64,000 bases of DNA from Patescibacteria group bacterium (GTDB lineage Bacteria > Patescibacteriota > Minisyncoccia > Minisyncoccales > GWA2-38-27): the NCBI GenBank assembly GCA_020148045.1, contig JAHCRG010000016.1, positions 68-64,067 of the forward strand. Direction: 5' to 3'. The notes beneath the pieces are model-generated. The model searched no databases. It worked only from the letters and a program-made list of their open reading frames with translations, and had not been told where the DNA came from. Below, piece after piece: positions 18,894 to 28,194 of the stretch. The position numbers were made by a program, and so were the translations under genes. Position 1 is the first letter of the stretch. Each line of letters opens with the position of its first letter.

Positions 18894-19664
18894 TTAAATC
18901 ATCTCAGCGGATTTAATTTTTAATTTATTAAAAATTAACAAGCCAATTATTAAAGACAATAAGCCATAAACTATTACTCCTAAAATCATCCATATTTCAG
19001 GCATCTTATTATATATAATTAAGTCCCTTGCTGCCGTAATAAAATAATACATTGGATTAAATAGATTAATATAAAAAAGACGAGTTTGTCCCTTGATAGC
19101 GTAAAAGATAGGGGTTCCAAACCATATTAACTTAGAAGCAAAAAGCCAGATATTTTCCAGGTCTATAAAATAGATTGTTAGGATCGCTAAGATAAGAGAG
19201 GCCCCAAAAATAAAAAAACAGAAAAATACTAATATTATAGGATAGAAAATTATCCCAATTAAAGAGTTTTTAAAGATTAAAAGAAGTATAATAAATAAAA
19301 TTATTTCAAATAAATGCGAAAAAAGAGTTTTCAGAACAATTGAAGCTATAAGAGATTCTTTTGGGAAATTTATTGATTTTATAACCTCCCTATATTCCAG
19401 GGTAATAACTCTAGTGGATTCGGTTGTTGTTTGTTGAAAAAAATTAAACATAATTATACCAAGTAATAAATATAAAGGATAGTTCGGAATATCAGCTCCA
19501 AGTCGGTCTGAAAAAACTAATAAGAGCAGGATAAAGACGAGTAAAGGATTTAATAAGTACCACAAAATACCCAAATAACTGCCTTCATTTCTTAACTTAA
19601 ACCCGGCTTTTGCTAAAGATAAGCTTAATCCTAATATGCCTTTTATTTTATGATAAATTTTCAT
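18894..19664 (-). CDS. Polysaccharide ABC exporter permease (Wzm/TagG-like)
   Basis: GSYLGILWYLLNPL, TPIFY, NPM. Confidence 0.92.
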   Translation of the reverse strand: MKIYHKIKGILGLSLSLAKAGFKLRNEGSYLGILWYLLNPLLVFILLLLVFSDRLGADIPNYPLYLLLGIIMFNFFQQTTTESTRVITLEYREVIKSINFPKESLIASIVLKTLFSHLFEIILFIILLLIFKNSLIGIIFYPIILVFFCFFIFGASLILAILTIYFIDLENIWLFASKLIWFGTPIFYAIKGQTRLFYINLFNPMYYFITAARDLIIYNKMPEIWMILGVIVYGLLSLIIGLLIFNKLKIKSAEMI

Positions 19665-19680
19665 AGTTTCTAACTACTTT

Positions 19681-19724
19681 ATTCTAATAAAAAACTGGCT
19701 GAAAAGCCAGTTTTTTGATAGAAT
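19681..19724. promoter_or_regulatory. Palindromic divergent promoter region
   Basis: 20-bp arms (2 mismatches) around GAAA, TAGAAT -10 facing outward on each strand. Confidence 0.6.
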
Positions 19725-19732
19725 TAAGGAAC

Positions 19733-20851
19733 ATGCCAAAAGTTGGTATCGCTACAATTCCACTTGATTATGGCCGGTGCCCGCGTTGGTTATTTGAAAG
19801 GATGAAGCGGCTTTCCCGAGGGATAATGTTGGCTATCCGGGAAGAGTTTGGGCCAGAAGAAATTTTGAAAAGATTATCTGACCCGGTTTGGTTTCAGAGC
19901 TTGGGGTGTGTAATTGGATTTGACTGGAATAGTTCCGGTTTAGCCACTACTACTTTAGGGGCTTTAAAAGTTGGGCTTTTTGATATTCAAGATGAATTAG
20001 GTATTTATGTTTGTGGAGGTAAGAAAGAATCAAGAAAAACACCCCAAGAAATTGAGGCCTATGGAATTTCTCGTGGCTTTCCATTTGCTCCAAATTTAAT
20101 TTATGCCTCAAAAATGGCAGCCAAAGTTGATAGCTCGGCTTTGCAGGATGGTTTTCAAATTTATGCCCACAATTTGATTTTTTCAAAATCAGGTCAGTGG
20201 ACAGTAATCCAGCAGGGAATGAATATTAATGTCCAAAAAGCTCGGCGTTATCATTGGTTGTCTTCCGGAATTAAAGATTTCGTTGAGGAGCCGCATTCAG
20301 GGATTATTTCTGATGCTCGGGGTAAGCCCTTAAATTTAACTGCTAAAGAGAGCAATAAAAATAGGGAGGTTTCAACCGGCTTGGTAGCAGAGGAGCCAAA
20401 AACATTTTTAAAAGATTTAGATTTAATTCAGACCAAAAGGTCAAAAAATCTTACCCTAATGGAACTTAGAGATATTGAGTTTTATTGGCATCCAGTTGTG
20501 CAGGAGAAATTTGATTTAAAGCGGCTTGAGAAAACTATTTTCTTCGCCAATGCTTTAAAGCCAAAAAACTTTGAACAACTCTTAGCCTTAAAAGGCATTG
20601 GTCCCAAAACAATTCGTGCTTTGAGTTTAGTTTCCGAATTAATCTACGGCGCCAGACCCTCTTACGAAGATCCTGCAAGGTATTCATTTTCAGTAGGCGG
20701 GAAAGACGGCACTCCTTTTTTCGTAGAAAGAGATGTTTATGATAAGGTATTGGATGTAATGGAAAAAGGCATTAAAAAAAGCAAAATCTCCTTACGCGAA
20801 AAAGTTGAAGCCCAAAAAAGATTGAATAGTTCATATATTCGTGGGGTATGA
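19733..20851 (+). CDS. DUF763 family protein
   Basis: PRWLFERM, RLSDPVWFQ, DWNSSG, ARRYHW, HhH KGIGPKT, GGKDG; SD AAGGA before ATG 19733. Confidence 0.88.
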   Translation: MPKVGIATIPLDYGRCPRWLFERMKRLSRGIMLAIREEFGPEEILKRLSDPVWFQSLGCVIGFDWNSSGLATTTLGALKVGLFDIQDELGIYVCGGKKESRKTPQEIEAYGISRGFPFAPNLIYASKMAAKVDSSALQDGFQIYAHNLIFSKSGQWTVIQQGMNINVQKARRYHWLSSGIKDFVEEPHSGIISDARGKPLNLTAKESNKNREVSTGLVAEEPKTFLKDLDLIQTKRSKNLTLMELRDIEFYWHPVVQEKFDLKRLEKTIFFANALKPKNFEQLLALKGIGPKTIRALSLVSELIYGARPSYEDPARYSFSVGGKDGTPFFVERDVYDKVLDVMEKGIKKSKISLREKVEAQKRLNSSYIRGV

Positions 20852-21321
20852 AAAAATTGTCATTTTATGTTGTTTGTGATAATATACGGAGTTTAGAGAA
20901 TATTGGTTCTATTTTTAGAACTGCTGACGCTTTGAATGTTGATAAGATTTTTCTTTGCGGAATTTGCGGGAGACCACCTAGTCAGAAGATATCAAAAAGC
21001 GCGCTGGGCGCGGAAAAATGGATTGCTTGGGAGTATTGCGGCAAGACTTGGCGAGCAATAGAGAGGTTAAAAAAAGAGAATGTTTTTATTGTGGCTTTGG
21101 AGCAAGAAGAAAATAGTTTAGTTTATACTAAATTCAAGCCAAAATTCCCTTTAGCTTTAATAATAGGGAATGAAGTCAAAGGAGTTTCGCCCTCTGTTTT
21201 AAAAAGAGCAGATAAAATAATATCTTTACCAATGTTTGGCAGAAAAGAATCTCTGAACGTGGCAGTTGCTTTTGGCATAGCAGCTTACAGAATTCGCTGC
21301 CCCCATAGTTCAATTGGATAG
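20848..21321 (+). CDS. SpoU/TrmH family RNA methyltransferase
   Basis: DNIRSLENIGSIFRTAD, GNEVKG, ESLNVAVA. Confidence 0.93.
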   Translation: MKKLSFYVVCDNIRSLENIGSIFRTADALNVDKIFLCGICGRPPSQKISKSALGAEKWIAWEYCGKTWRAIERLKKENVFIVALEQEENSLVYTKFKPKFPLALIIGNEVKGVSPSVLKRADKIISLPMFGRKESLNVAVAFGIAAYRIRCPHSSIG

Positions 21322-21371
21322 AACATCAGCTTCCGGAGCTGAAAATATAGGTTCGAGTCCTATTGAGGGCA
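21299..21371 (+). tRNA. tRNA-Arg(CCG)
   Basis: Cloverleaf; tcagc-tt-CCG-ga-gctga; GTTCGAGTC; one C-A mismatch in acceptor stem. Confidence 0.92.
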
Positions 21372-21381
21372 CACGGATGTT

Positions 21382-21467
21382 GGAGGGGTGCTCCGAATGG
21401 TAAGGAACCGCTCTCGAAAAGCGGCGCCCGCTCAGCGGGCTTGTGAGTTCGAATCTCACCCCCTCCG
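21382..21467 (+). tRNA. tRNA-Ser(CGA)
   Basis: ccgct-ct-CGA-aa-agcgg, long variable arm, G73. Confidence 0.95.
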
Positions 21468-21469
21468 CT

Positions 21470-21853
21470 ATGTTTAAATTTTTTCAAAAAGGCAAAGAGC
21501 CGAGGAGTTTGAAGGAGGCTTTGAAACAGTTTGAAGATTTGAAAAAAGAAGTTGAGAGAATTTCTCAAGGGCTTGAAAATTTGAAAGAAAAGGGTAAGCT
21601 TTCTATTCAGAAAGTAGGGATAGTTAGATATAATCCTTTTTCTGAAGTCGGAGGCGACCAGAGCTTTTCTGTTGCTTTGCTTGATGAGAACAATGACGGA
21701 GTAGTGGTTACCAGCTTATACTCCCGAGAAGGAAACAGGGTTTATGGGAAACCAGTGAAGAGTGGTATTTCTGAGTATTCCTTGTCTAATGAGGAGAAGA
21801 AGGCGATTGAGAAAGCCGTAAGCTCTAAAATCCCAAATCCTAATGGTCAATGA
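21470..21853 (+). CDS. DUF4446 family protein
   Basis: KVGIVRYNPF..GGDQSFSVALLD...YGKPV..LSNEE; ATG 21470 lies just after tRNA. Confidence 0.85.
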   Translation: MFKFFQKGKEPRSLKEALKQFEDLKKEVERISQGLENLKEKGKLSIQKVGIVRYNPFSEVGGDQSFSVALLDENNDGVVVTSLYSREGNRVYGKPVKSGISEYSLSNEEKKAIEKAVSSKIPNPNGQ

Positions 21854-21919
21854 CCAATCAAGCCCCAATTATTTAAATCCCAAACAATATATTCTGGTCA
21901 TTGGGGCTTTTAATTAATT

Positions 21920-23410
21920 ATGGTTGAAAAAAAACAACAAAACTTAATATCTCGTCCTCCAGTTGTAGTAGTTTTAGGTCATGTTGATCATGGCAAGAGC
22001 TCTATTTTGGAAAAAATTAAGGATTTGAAGATTACAGAGAAAGAATCAGGAGGGATTACCCAGCATATTGGAGCTTATGAGGTTGAACATCAAGGCAAGA
22101 AAATTACTTTTATTGATACTCCTGGTCATGAGGCGTTTTCAGCCATGCGTTCCAGAGGGGCAAAAGTAGCTGACATCGCGATTTTAGTAATAGCTGCTGA
22201 AGAAGGAATAAAGCCGCAAACTAAAGAAGCAATTTCTCATATTAAGAAAGCTGGAATTCCAATGATTGTGGCTATTAATAAAATGGATAAGCCAGGAGCT
22301 GATCCTGAAAAGGTTAAAAGAGAATTATCAGTCCAAGATATTTCAGTTGAATCAATGGGAGGCAAGATTCCTTCAGTAGAAATATCGGCAGAAACAGGCA
22401 AGGGAATTCCCGAGCTTTTAGAATTAATTTTGTTAGTGGCTGAAATGGAAGGTTTTAAAGCAGATGTTTCCAAACCAGCTGAAGGAGTGATAGTTGAATC
22501 ATATTTAGATTCTCAGCGAGGACCAACAGCTACTTTAATTTTGCAAAATGGAATCTTGAAAAGAGGCGATATATTAGGAACTTCTTCTGTTGTTGGCAAA
22601 ATTAGAATTATGGAAGATTTTCAGGGCTTATCTATTAAGCAGGCTTCTCCGTCAATGCCGGTTATTGTTTTAGGATTTGAAAATGTCCCTAGAGTTGGGG
22701 AGAGATTTAAAGTTTTTACTGATATTGAAACGGCTAAGAGAAGACTTGAAGGAATAGTTAAGCCGGGCCCTCAAGTGCTTGATATTGAGCCAGATAAGAA
22801 AGTTTTAAATTTGATTTTAAAAGTTGATGTTTTAGGGTCGCTTGAAGCAATTGAAGAGGTTTTGAAAAAGCTTCCTCAGGAGAAAGTTATTTTAAGAATT
22901 TTGAAGGGGGAAGTGGGGGAGATAAATGAGTCAGATGTGAAGTTAGCCGGAGGAGCTAAAGCTATAATAGTCGGTTTTAGAGTGAAAACAAATCCAATTG
23001 CCCAAAAATTAGCCTTGAGGGAAAAAATAAAGATAATGTGTTTTGAGGTAATCTATGAATTAGTTCAAGAAGTTAGAGGGGTTTTGGAAAAAAAGGTCAG
23101 ACCCGAAGTAGTGAGGATTGATTTGGGAAAAGTTAAAATTTTAGCAATTTTTCGAACAGAAAAAAATCGCCAGATTATTGGAGGAAAAGTAATTGAAGGT
23201 GAGGTGAAAAGAGGGGCTTCTCTGGAGGTTTTCCGAAATGAGGAAAAAGTTGGCAGAGGGAAAATTGTTAATCTTCAGCGAGATAAAAAAGAGGTTGAGG
23301 AATTAGCAAAGGGAGCAGAATGCGGAATACTTTATGAAGGAGACATTAAGATGGAAGAAGGGGACGTGCTGTGGGTATACACAGAGGAGAGAAGAAAAGG
23401 AGAATTATAA
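21920..23410 (+). CDS. infB: Translation initiation factor IF-2 (short form lacking N-domain)
   Basis: RPPVVVVLGHVDHGKS, GGITQHIGAY, DTPGHEAF. Confidence 0.97.
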   Translation: MVEKKQQNLISRPPVVVVLGHVDHGKSSILEKIKDLKITEKESGGITQHIGAYEVEHQGKKITFIDTPGHEAFSAMRSRGAKVADIAILVIAAEEGIKPQTKEAISHIKKAGIPMIVAINKMDKPGADPEKVKRELSVQDISVESMGGKIPSVEISAETGKGIPELLELILLVAEMEGFKADVSKPAEGVIVESYLDSQRGPTATLILQNGILKRGDILGTSSVVGKIRIMEDFQGLSIKQASPSMPVIVLGFENVPRVGERFKVFTDIETAKRRLEGIVKPGPQVLDIEPDKKVLNLILKVDVLGSLEAIEEVLKKLPQEKVILRILKGEVGEINESDVKLAGGAKAIIVGFRVKTNPIAQKLALREKIKIMCFEVIYELVQEVRGVLEKKVRPEVVRIDLGKVKILAIFRTEKNRQIIGGKVIEGEVKRGASLEVFRNEEKVGRGKIVNLQRDKKEVEELAKGAECGILYEGDIKMEEGDVLWVYTEERRKGEL

Positions 23411-23411
23411 T

Positions 23412-23759
23412 ATGAGTAATCGCATTCAACGCGTTAATGCGTTGATAAAAAATGAGTTAAGTCAGATTCTTTTAAAAGAGGTTGGTTTTCCAAAGGATAC
23501 TTTAGTAACTATTACCCGGGTGGAAAGTTCGGTGAATTTGAATCAGGCAAAAATATATATTTCAGTAATGTCTGAAGATAATATTGATGAAGTTTTCGAG
23601 ATTTTAAATAGAAGAATTTATGATATTCAGCAGACCCTAAACAGACGTTTAAAAATGAGACCAATTCCTAAAATAGAATTTAAAAAAGAAGAAAAAACTG
23701 AGGAAGCAGCAAGGGTTGAGGAGCTTTTGGAGGAGATAAAAAATGAAGAGAAGGGTTGA
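23412..23759 (+). CDS. rbfA: Ribosome-binding factor A
   Basis: MSNRIQRV, VTITRV, RPIPKIEF; follows infB. Confidence 0.93.
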   Translation: MSNRIQRVNALIKNELSQILLKEVGFPKDTLVTITRVESSVNLNQAKIYISVMSEDNIDEVFEILNRRIYDIQQTLNRRLKMRPIPKIEFKKEEKTEEAARVEELLEEIKNEEKG

Positions 23760-23792
23760 AAAAAGAGTAAGAAAATGTTATAATAAAATAGT

Positions 23793-23865
23793 GGCCTGGT
23801 AGCCAAGTAGCTAAGGCGGCAGTTTGCAAAACTGTTATACGCGAGTGCAAATCTCGCCCAGGCCT
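23793..23865 (+). tRNA. tRNA-Cys(GCA)
   Basis: gcagt-tt-GCA-aa-actgt, U73; T-loop TGCAAAT. Confidence 0.92.
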
Positions 23866-23873
23866 CAAGACAT

Positions 23874-23959
23874 GCCGGGGTGATGGAATTGCTAGACATG
23901 AAGGACTTAAAATCCTTTGGAGATAAAACTCCGTGCGGGTTGGAGTCCCGCCCCCGGCA
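23874..23959 (+). tRNA. tRNA-Leu(TAA)
   Basis: aagga-ct-TAA-aa-tcctt, variable arm; T-loop TTGGAGT. Confidence 0.92.
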
Positions 23960-23964
23960 CAAAT

Positions 23965-23995
23965 AAAAAAAGCCCCCGTCTTGGCGGGGGCTTTA
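23965..23995. terminator. Terminator between convergent units
   Basis: aaagcccccg/cgggggcttt stem with flanking A tract. Confidence 0.8.
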
Positions 23996-24007
23996 AGGTT
24001 TTATGTT

Positions 24008-24517
24008 TTAGTTTTCTAAAATTTCGGCTTCAACTATTTTTACCCCAAAGCTTTTGGCTTCTTCATAAGAATCCATCCAGATATCAAAATGATAAGATCC
24101 TTTTTTCCAATTCATTCGGTCCTCGACTACAAAAACTTTATCTCCGTAAATCTCAGGAAATCTTATCTCGGTCCCAAAGGAGTACCTATTATTAGCTACA
24201 ATTCCTTGTTCAACTGTTTTTCCTGAAGCGGTTAGAAATGGAGTATTGTCTGTCTGCCAAGTAGTACTGGAATAAGCAGTGACTACCACTTTTACTTTCT
24301 TGACTTTAACAGGAGCTTCGGGATTAGATACTGCTAAGAGAGAATTTTCTTGGATTGTAGCCAGTTCTAAAGCAGAAGCCGGCTCATCGGCTTTTGCCTG
24401 CTGCATTTTTGTTATTCCTAATCCTAAACCACTGGCAAGAATTCCAGCCGTTATTAAAATAACTAAGATTTTTTTGGCTCCCAGATAAGGATCCTCTTTT
24501 TCAATATAAATATCCAT
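24008..24517 (-). CDS. 3D-domain (putative lytic transglycosylase) membrane-anchored protein
   Basis: VTAYSS..QTD.TPF.TASG, VEDRM, FDIW, FG. Confidence 0.9.
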   Translation of the reverse strand: MDIYIEKEDPYLGAKKILVILITAGILASGLGLGITKMQQAKADEPASALELATIQENSLLAVSNPEAPVKVKKVKVVVTAYSSTTWQTDNTPFLTASGKTVEQGIVANNRYSFGTEIRFPEIYGDKVFVVEDRMNWKKGSYHFDIWMDSYEEAKSFGVKIVEAEILEN

Positions 24518-24554
24518 TCTAAAACCCCAATTTTAGGGGTTTTATCATATTAAC

Positions 24555-24563
24555 TTATCCACA
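24555..24563. promoter_or_regulatory. Perfect DnaA box in the promoter spacer of the 3D-domain gene
   Basis: TTATCCACA between minus-strand TTGACA (24569-24574) and -10-like hexamers (24544-24552). Confidence 0.65.
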
Positions 24564-24598
24564 GGCCTTGTCAAGTCTTTTTAGGTATTTTTCGAGTG

Positions 24599-24670
24599 AG
24601 CGGGTGAGCGGAATTGAACCGCCATCTCAACCTTGGCAAGGTTGCATAATAACCACTATACGACACCCGC
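24599..24670 (-). tRNA. tRNA-Gly(GCC)
   Basis: caacc-tt-GCC-aa-ggttg, U73. Confidence 0.95.
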
Positions 24671-24709
24671 CTTCGTCAGCCGTAGCTGGCTTCGGCGGGC
24701 GAAGCCCGC
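24666..24709. repeat. REP-like palindrome CCGCC-TTC-hairpin-TTC-GGCGG
   Basis: cccgcc ttc gtcagc cgta gctggc ttc ggcggg, overlapping gcgggc-gaa-gcccgc. Confidence 0.7.
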
Positions 24710-24732
24710 AGAGACAGCGTAGCTGGACTTAG

Positions 24733-24806
24733 TGCCGCGAGTCAGACTTGCACTGACCACCCCAGCTTTTTCAGAGCTGTGCTCTAACTACCTGAGCTAT
24801 CGCGGC
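24733..24806 (-). tRNA. tRNA-Phe(GAA)
   Basis: cagct-ct-GAA-aa-agctg; T-loop TGCAAGT. Confidence 0.92.
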
Positions 24807-24844
24807 CTAATTAAATTTTATTACATTTTTCCAAAAATTTCCAG

Positions 24845-24920
24845 TGGTGGGCGGTGAAGGATTCGGACCTACGACCTCCTCGGTGTAAACGAGGCACTCT
24901 AACCACTGAGCTAACCGCCC
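24845..24920 (-). tRNA. tRNA-Val(TAC), CCA encoded
   Basis: cctcg-tt-TAC-ac-cgagg; T-loop TCCGAAT. Confidence 0.94.
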
Positions 24921-24923
24921 ATG

Positions 24924-25006
24924 TGCCCAGGGTGGGACTTGAACCCACACGCTCTTACGAGCCATGGCCCTCAACCATGTATGTATACCGATTCCATCAC
25001 CTGGGC
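24924..25006 (-). tRNA. tRNA-Leu(GAG)
   Basis: catgg-tt-GAG-gg-ccatg, variable arm. Confidence 0.94.
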
Positions 25007-25428
25007 TCTTCTTTTTTCTCTTCCGTTGGTTTTTCTCTAACGATTTCTTCTTTTGGTTCTTCCTCAGCTATTGCTTCAGTAAATTCTTTCCTTTTTAGCC
25101 GGGCTTTTTTGCCTTTCGCTTTTCTTAAGTAATAAAGCTTTGCCCTCCTAACTTTTCCTCTTTTTAAAATTTCTATTTTTTCAATAGTCAGGGAGTGAAT
25201 AGGAAAAATTTTCTCTACTCCAATCCCAGAAATCACTTTTCTTACAGTTATTGTAGCAGAAATTCCTTTTCCATGCTTTTTGGCAAGAACTATACCCTCA
25301 AAGGCCTGAAGTCGCTCCTTATCTTTTTCTTTGACCTTTTGATAAACCCGAACAGTATCACCTGGACGGATGTCAGGCAGACCTTTTTTTAATTGGGTTT
25401 TGGTAAAAGTTTCAATTTTTGTAGGCAT
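24997..25428 (-). CDS. rplS: 50S ribosomal protein L19
   Basis: RPGDTVRV, ERLQAFEG, KVRRAKLYYLR. Confidence 0.97.
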   Translation of the reverse strand: MPTKIETFTKTQLKKGLPDIRPGDTVRVYQKVKEKDKERLQAFEGIVLAKKHGKGISATITVRKVISGIGVEKIFPIHSLTIEKIEILKRGKVRRAKLYYLRKAKGKKARLKRKEFTEAIAEEEPKEEIVREKPTEEKKEEPR

Positions 25429-26033
25429 AATTTTAAATCATCTGGCAATGCTGACTTAAATTCTTTTATTTCTCCATCTGGCAGCTTTATTTTAATGTAG
25501 CTGGCATGTAAAAATTGGCGTTTCAATCCTTCTGGGCAGGGCTGATTTTTAAAACCATACATTTTATCTCCAGCAATTGGATGGCCAAGATAAGAAAAAT
25601 GGCATCTGATTTGATGCTTTCTTCCTGTTTTGGGAGCAACTTCAACTAAAGTGTAATCTTTAAATCTTTCTATCACCTTATATTCACTAATTGCTTCTCT
25701 TTTTCCTTTGGAGCCAGGCTCAGCAGGAAGATAAACTTTTTGCTTTTTTCTGTCTTTCGGAGCTCTACCAATTAAGGCTTCAATCACCCCTTGATTATTT
25801 TTAAGATTTCCAACAACTAAAGTAATATATTTCTTTTTTACCTTTCTATTTTTAAATTGTTTTTGCAAAAAAATCAAGGCCTTATCATTTTTTGCGATTA
25901 GAAGAACTCCCGAAGTTTCTTTATCTAACCTATGAACTTTTTTCAAATCAGGATATAAATCACTCGTTACAATCCCTGCTGGTTTATCAATCACCAAGAC
26001 ATCATTATCCTCATAAATTATTTTCGTCTCCAT
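25389..26033 (-). CDS. RluA family pseudouridine synthase (no S4 domain)
   Basis: DKPAG, HRLDKETSG, TGRKHQIR, HPIAGD. Confidence 0.94.
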   Translation of the reverse strand: METKIIYEDNDVLVIDKPAGIVTSDLYPDLKKVHRLDKETSGVLLIAKNDKALIFLQKQFKNRKVKKKYITLVVGNLKNNQGVIEALIGRAPKDRKKQKVYLPAEPGSKGKREAISEYKVIERFKDYTLVEVAPKTGRKHQIRCHFSYLGHPIAGDKMYGFKNQPCPEGLKRQFLHASYIKIKLPDGEIKEFKSALPDDLKLCLQKLKLLPKPN

Positions 26034-26034
26034 G

Positions 26035-26107
26035 TGGGCGCTGAGGGATTCGGACCCACGACCTTCTCGATGTCACCGAGACGCGCTAACCACTGCGCCA
26101 AGCGCCC
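26035..26107 (-). tRNA. tRNA-Val(GAC)
   Basis: tctcg-gt-GAC-at-cgaga; T-loop TCCGAAT. Confidence 0.94.
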
Positions 26108-26114
26108 ATTATTG

Positions 26115-26186
26115 TGCGCACGGATGGATTCGAACCATCAACCTCGGCCTTATAAGGACCTTGCTCCGCCATTGAGCTACGTGCGC
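26115..26186 (-). tRNA. tRNA-Ile(TAT)
   Basis: Anticodon loop ct-TAT-aa, perfect acceptor stem gcgcacg/cgtgcgc, A73. Confidence 0.9.
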
Positions 26187-26193
26187 ATAATAA

Positions 26194-28098
26194 TTATCTT
26201 ACCTCTTTCATTTTGATTTTCAAGGAGGGGACAGGTTTTCTGCTTGGTTTTTTATTTTTTTGTGGGACGAAGGCGGGTGCCCTCTGTTTTACTAATCTCT
26301 CAAATTCTTCTTTTTCAATGGTTTCTTTGACAATTAAGGTCTGGGCAATTTTATTAAGTAATTTTTTTCTTTTAGTTAAAATTTTTGTTGCTTGTTTTTC
26401 TGCGTTTTTAACAAATTTTTCAACTTCTTTGTCAATTTGGGCAGCTACTTTTTCAGAATAATTTCTCTGTTCTGAAATTTCTTTTCCTAGAAAAACTAAT
26501 TCTTCCTTTTCTCCAAAGGAGATTGGTCCTAATTGAGACATCCCGTATTCTTTAACTAATTTTCTAGCTAAGTCAGAAGCTCTTTTTAAATCATTAGCTG
26601 CTCCAGTGGTAATTTCTCTAAATTTCAACTTTTCAGCGCAGTAACCACCAAGTAAAGTCGCTAGTTCAGCTAAAAATTCTTTTTTTGTTTTAATTTTCCT
26701 TTCCTCGGCTGGCATTTTTAAGGTGTAGCCAGCTGCCATACCTCTGGCAATAATTGAGATTTTCCTGACTGGTTCAGCTTCAGGCAGAGAGGCAGAAACT
26801 AAAGCATGGCCTGCTTCATGGAAAGCAGCAATTTCCTTTTCTTTTTTGGATAAAATATGGCTTTTTCTTTCAGGCCCTAATAAAACCTTTTCAATCGATT
26901 CTAAAAACTCTTTTTGATAAACTTGATTTTTATTTCTTCTGGCAGCTAAGATAGCTGCTTCATTAACAACATTAGCTATGTCAGCACCAGAAAATCCTGG
27001 AGTTCTTTCAGCAATTTCTCTTAAATTAACACTTGAAGCCAAGGGCTTGCCCTGACAGTGAATTTCCAAAATCTGTTTCCGGCCATTAACATCTGGCAGG
27101 TCCAAAACTACTTTTCGGTCAAACCTGCCAGGTCGCAAAAGAGCTGGATCCAAAATATCCGGGCGATTCGTCGCAGAGATAACTATGACCTGGGTTTCTC
27201 TTTCAAAACCGTCCATTTCTACTAAAATTTGATTTAAAGTTTGTTCCCTTTCATCATGTCCTCCACCAAGACCAGCTCCTCTGTGTCTGCCAATAGCATC
27301 AAGTTCATCAATAAAAATAATTGAAGGAGCTGCTTTTTTGGCGGTAGAAAAGAGATCACGTACTCTTCCTGCGCCCACTCCTACAAACATCTCTACGAAT
27401 TCTGAACCTGAAATATGAAAAAAAGGTACATTAGCCTGCCCTGCCACGGCACGGGCCAAAAGGGTTTTTCCTGTGCCGGCTGGGCCCATTAAGAGGACTC
27501 CTCTTGGAATCCTTGCCCCTATTTTTAAATATTTTTTAGGATTTTTTAGAAAATCAACAACCTCTTTCAATTCTTCTTTGGCCTCTTTTAAACCAGCCAC
27601 ATCCTTGAAAGTGATTTTTTCTTTAGGATGTCCTTCAGCGCCGAAAAGTCGAGCTCTGGCTTTGGTAAAACTAAATGCCTGGGTAGCTCCAGCTTTTGCC
27701 TGGCGGAAAATCATCCAGAAAAATAGACCAAAAAGCAAAAGAGGAAGTCCAAACATCAAGACAGGTCCTAACCAGAGCCAGGTTCCTTGCTCTTTTTTTG
27801 CCTCAATTTCTACTTTTTTTAATTTTTCTGAATCTATCCCCAGATTCATCAAAGACTCAGAAAGAGAACTTTCTGTTTCTTTTCTTGATTTTGCCGTTGT
27901 TTCATCTTGATATAAGATAGAAAGCTCTGAGCCAGAAACAGTAATTTTTTTAATTTTTTCCTGATTAATCTCCTCAACTAATTGTGTCAAAGAAATTTCT
28001 TTTTCCTTTTTAAAGGGCTGGGAAAATAAAGCAAAAACTGCTGAAATTATCAGAAAGATAAGCAGAATAAAAACAAAATTTTTAACCAGAGATTTCAT
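26194..28098 (-). CDS. ftsH: ATP-dependent zinc metalloprotease FtsH
   Basis: 2 [31 protein letters not shown]. Confidence 0.98.
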   Translation of the reverse strand: MKSLVKNFVFILLIFLIISAVFALFSQPFKKEKEISLTQLVEEINQEKIKKITVSGSELSILYQDETTAKSRKETESSLSESLMNLGIDSEKLKKVEIEAKKEQGTWLWLGPVLMFGLPLLLFGLFFWMIFRQAKAGATQAFSFTKARARLFGAEGHPKEKITFKDVAGLKEAKEELKEVVDFLKNPKKYLKIGARIPRGVLLMGPAGTGKTLLARAVAGQANVPFFHISGSEFVEMFVGVGAGRVRDLFSTAKKAAPSIIFIDELDAIGRHRGAGLGGGHDEREQTLNQILVEMDGFERETQVIVISATNRPDILDPALLRPGRFDRKVVLDLPDVNGRKQILEIHCQGKPLASSVNLREIAERTPGFSGADIANVVNEAAILAARRNKNQVYQKEFLESIEKVLLGPERKSHILSKKEKEIAAFHEAGHALVSASLPEAEPVRKISIIARGMAAGYTLKMPAEERKIKTKKEFLAELATLLGGYCAEKLKFREITTGAANDLKRASDLARKLVKEYGMSQLGPISFGEKEELVFLGKEISEQRNYSEKVAAQIDKEVEKFVKNAEKQATKILTKRKKLLNKIAQTLIVKETIEKEEFERLVKQRAPAFVPQKNKKPSRKPVPSLKIKMKEVR

Positions 28099-28159
28099 AA
28101 TTGTAAGTTAACTTGTCATATTACTTAATTTACCATATTTTTCAAGAGATTTCAACTAT

Positions 28160-28194
28160 AAAGAAAAGCCCCTGCTATTTTAATGCCAGGGACT
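28160..28194 (-). terminator. Intrinsic terminator downstream of S1 gene
   Basis: minus strand agtccctg/caggggct + ttttcttt. Confidence 0.6.

Noticed and set aside
24541..24580. Possible oriC from the perfect DnaA box
   Set aside because: Single box, no cluster or unwinding element, no dnaA/dnaN nearby.
25389..25428. RluA/rplS 40-nt overlap as a programmed frameshift
   Set aside because: Both proteins are complete and no slippery site or stimulator is evident.
21326..26216. Short ORFs at 21326, 23627, 23680, 23917, 24854 and 26034
   Set aside because: Shadows of tRNA genes or of real genes on the other strand.
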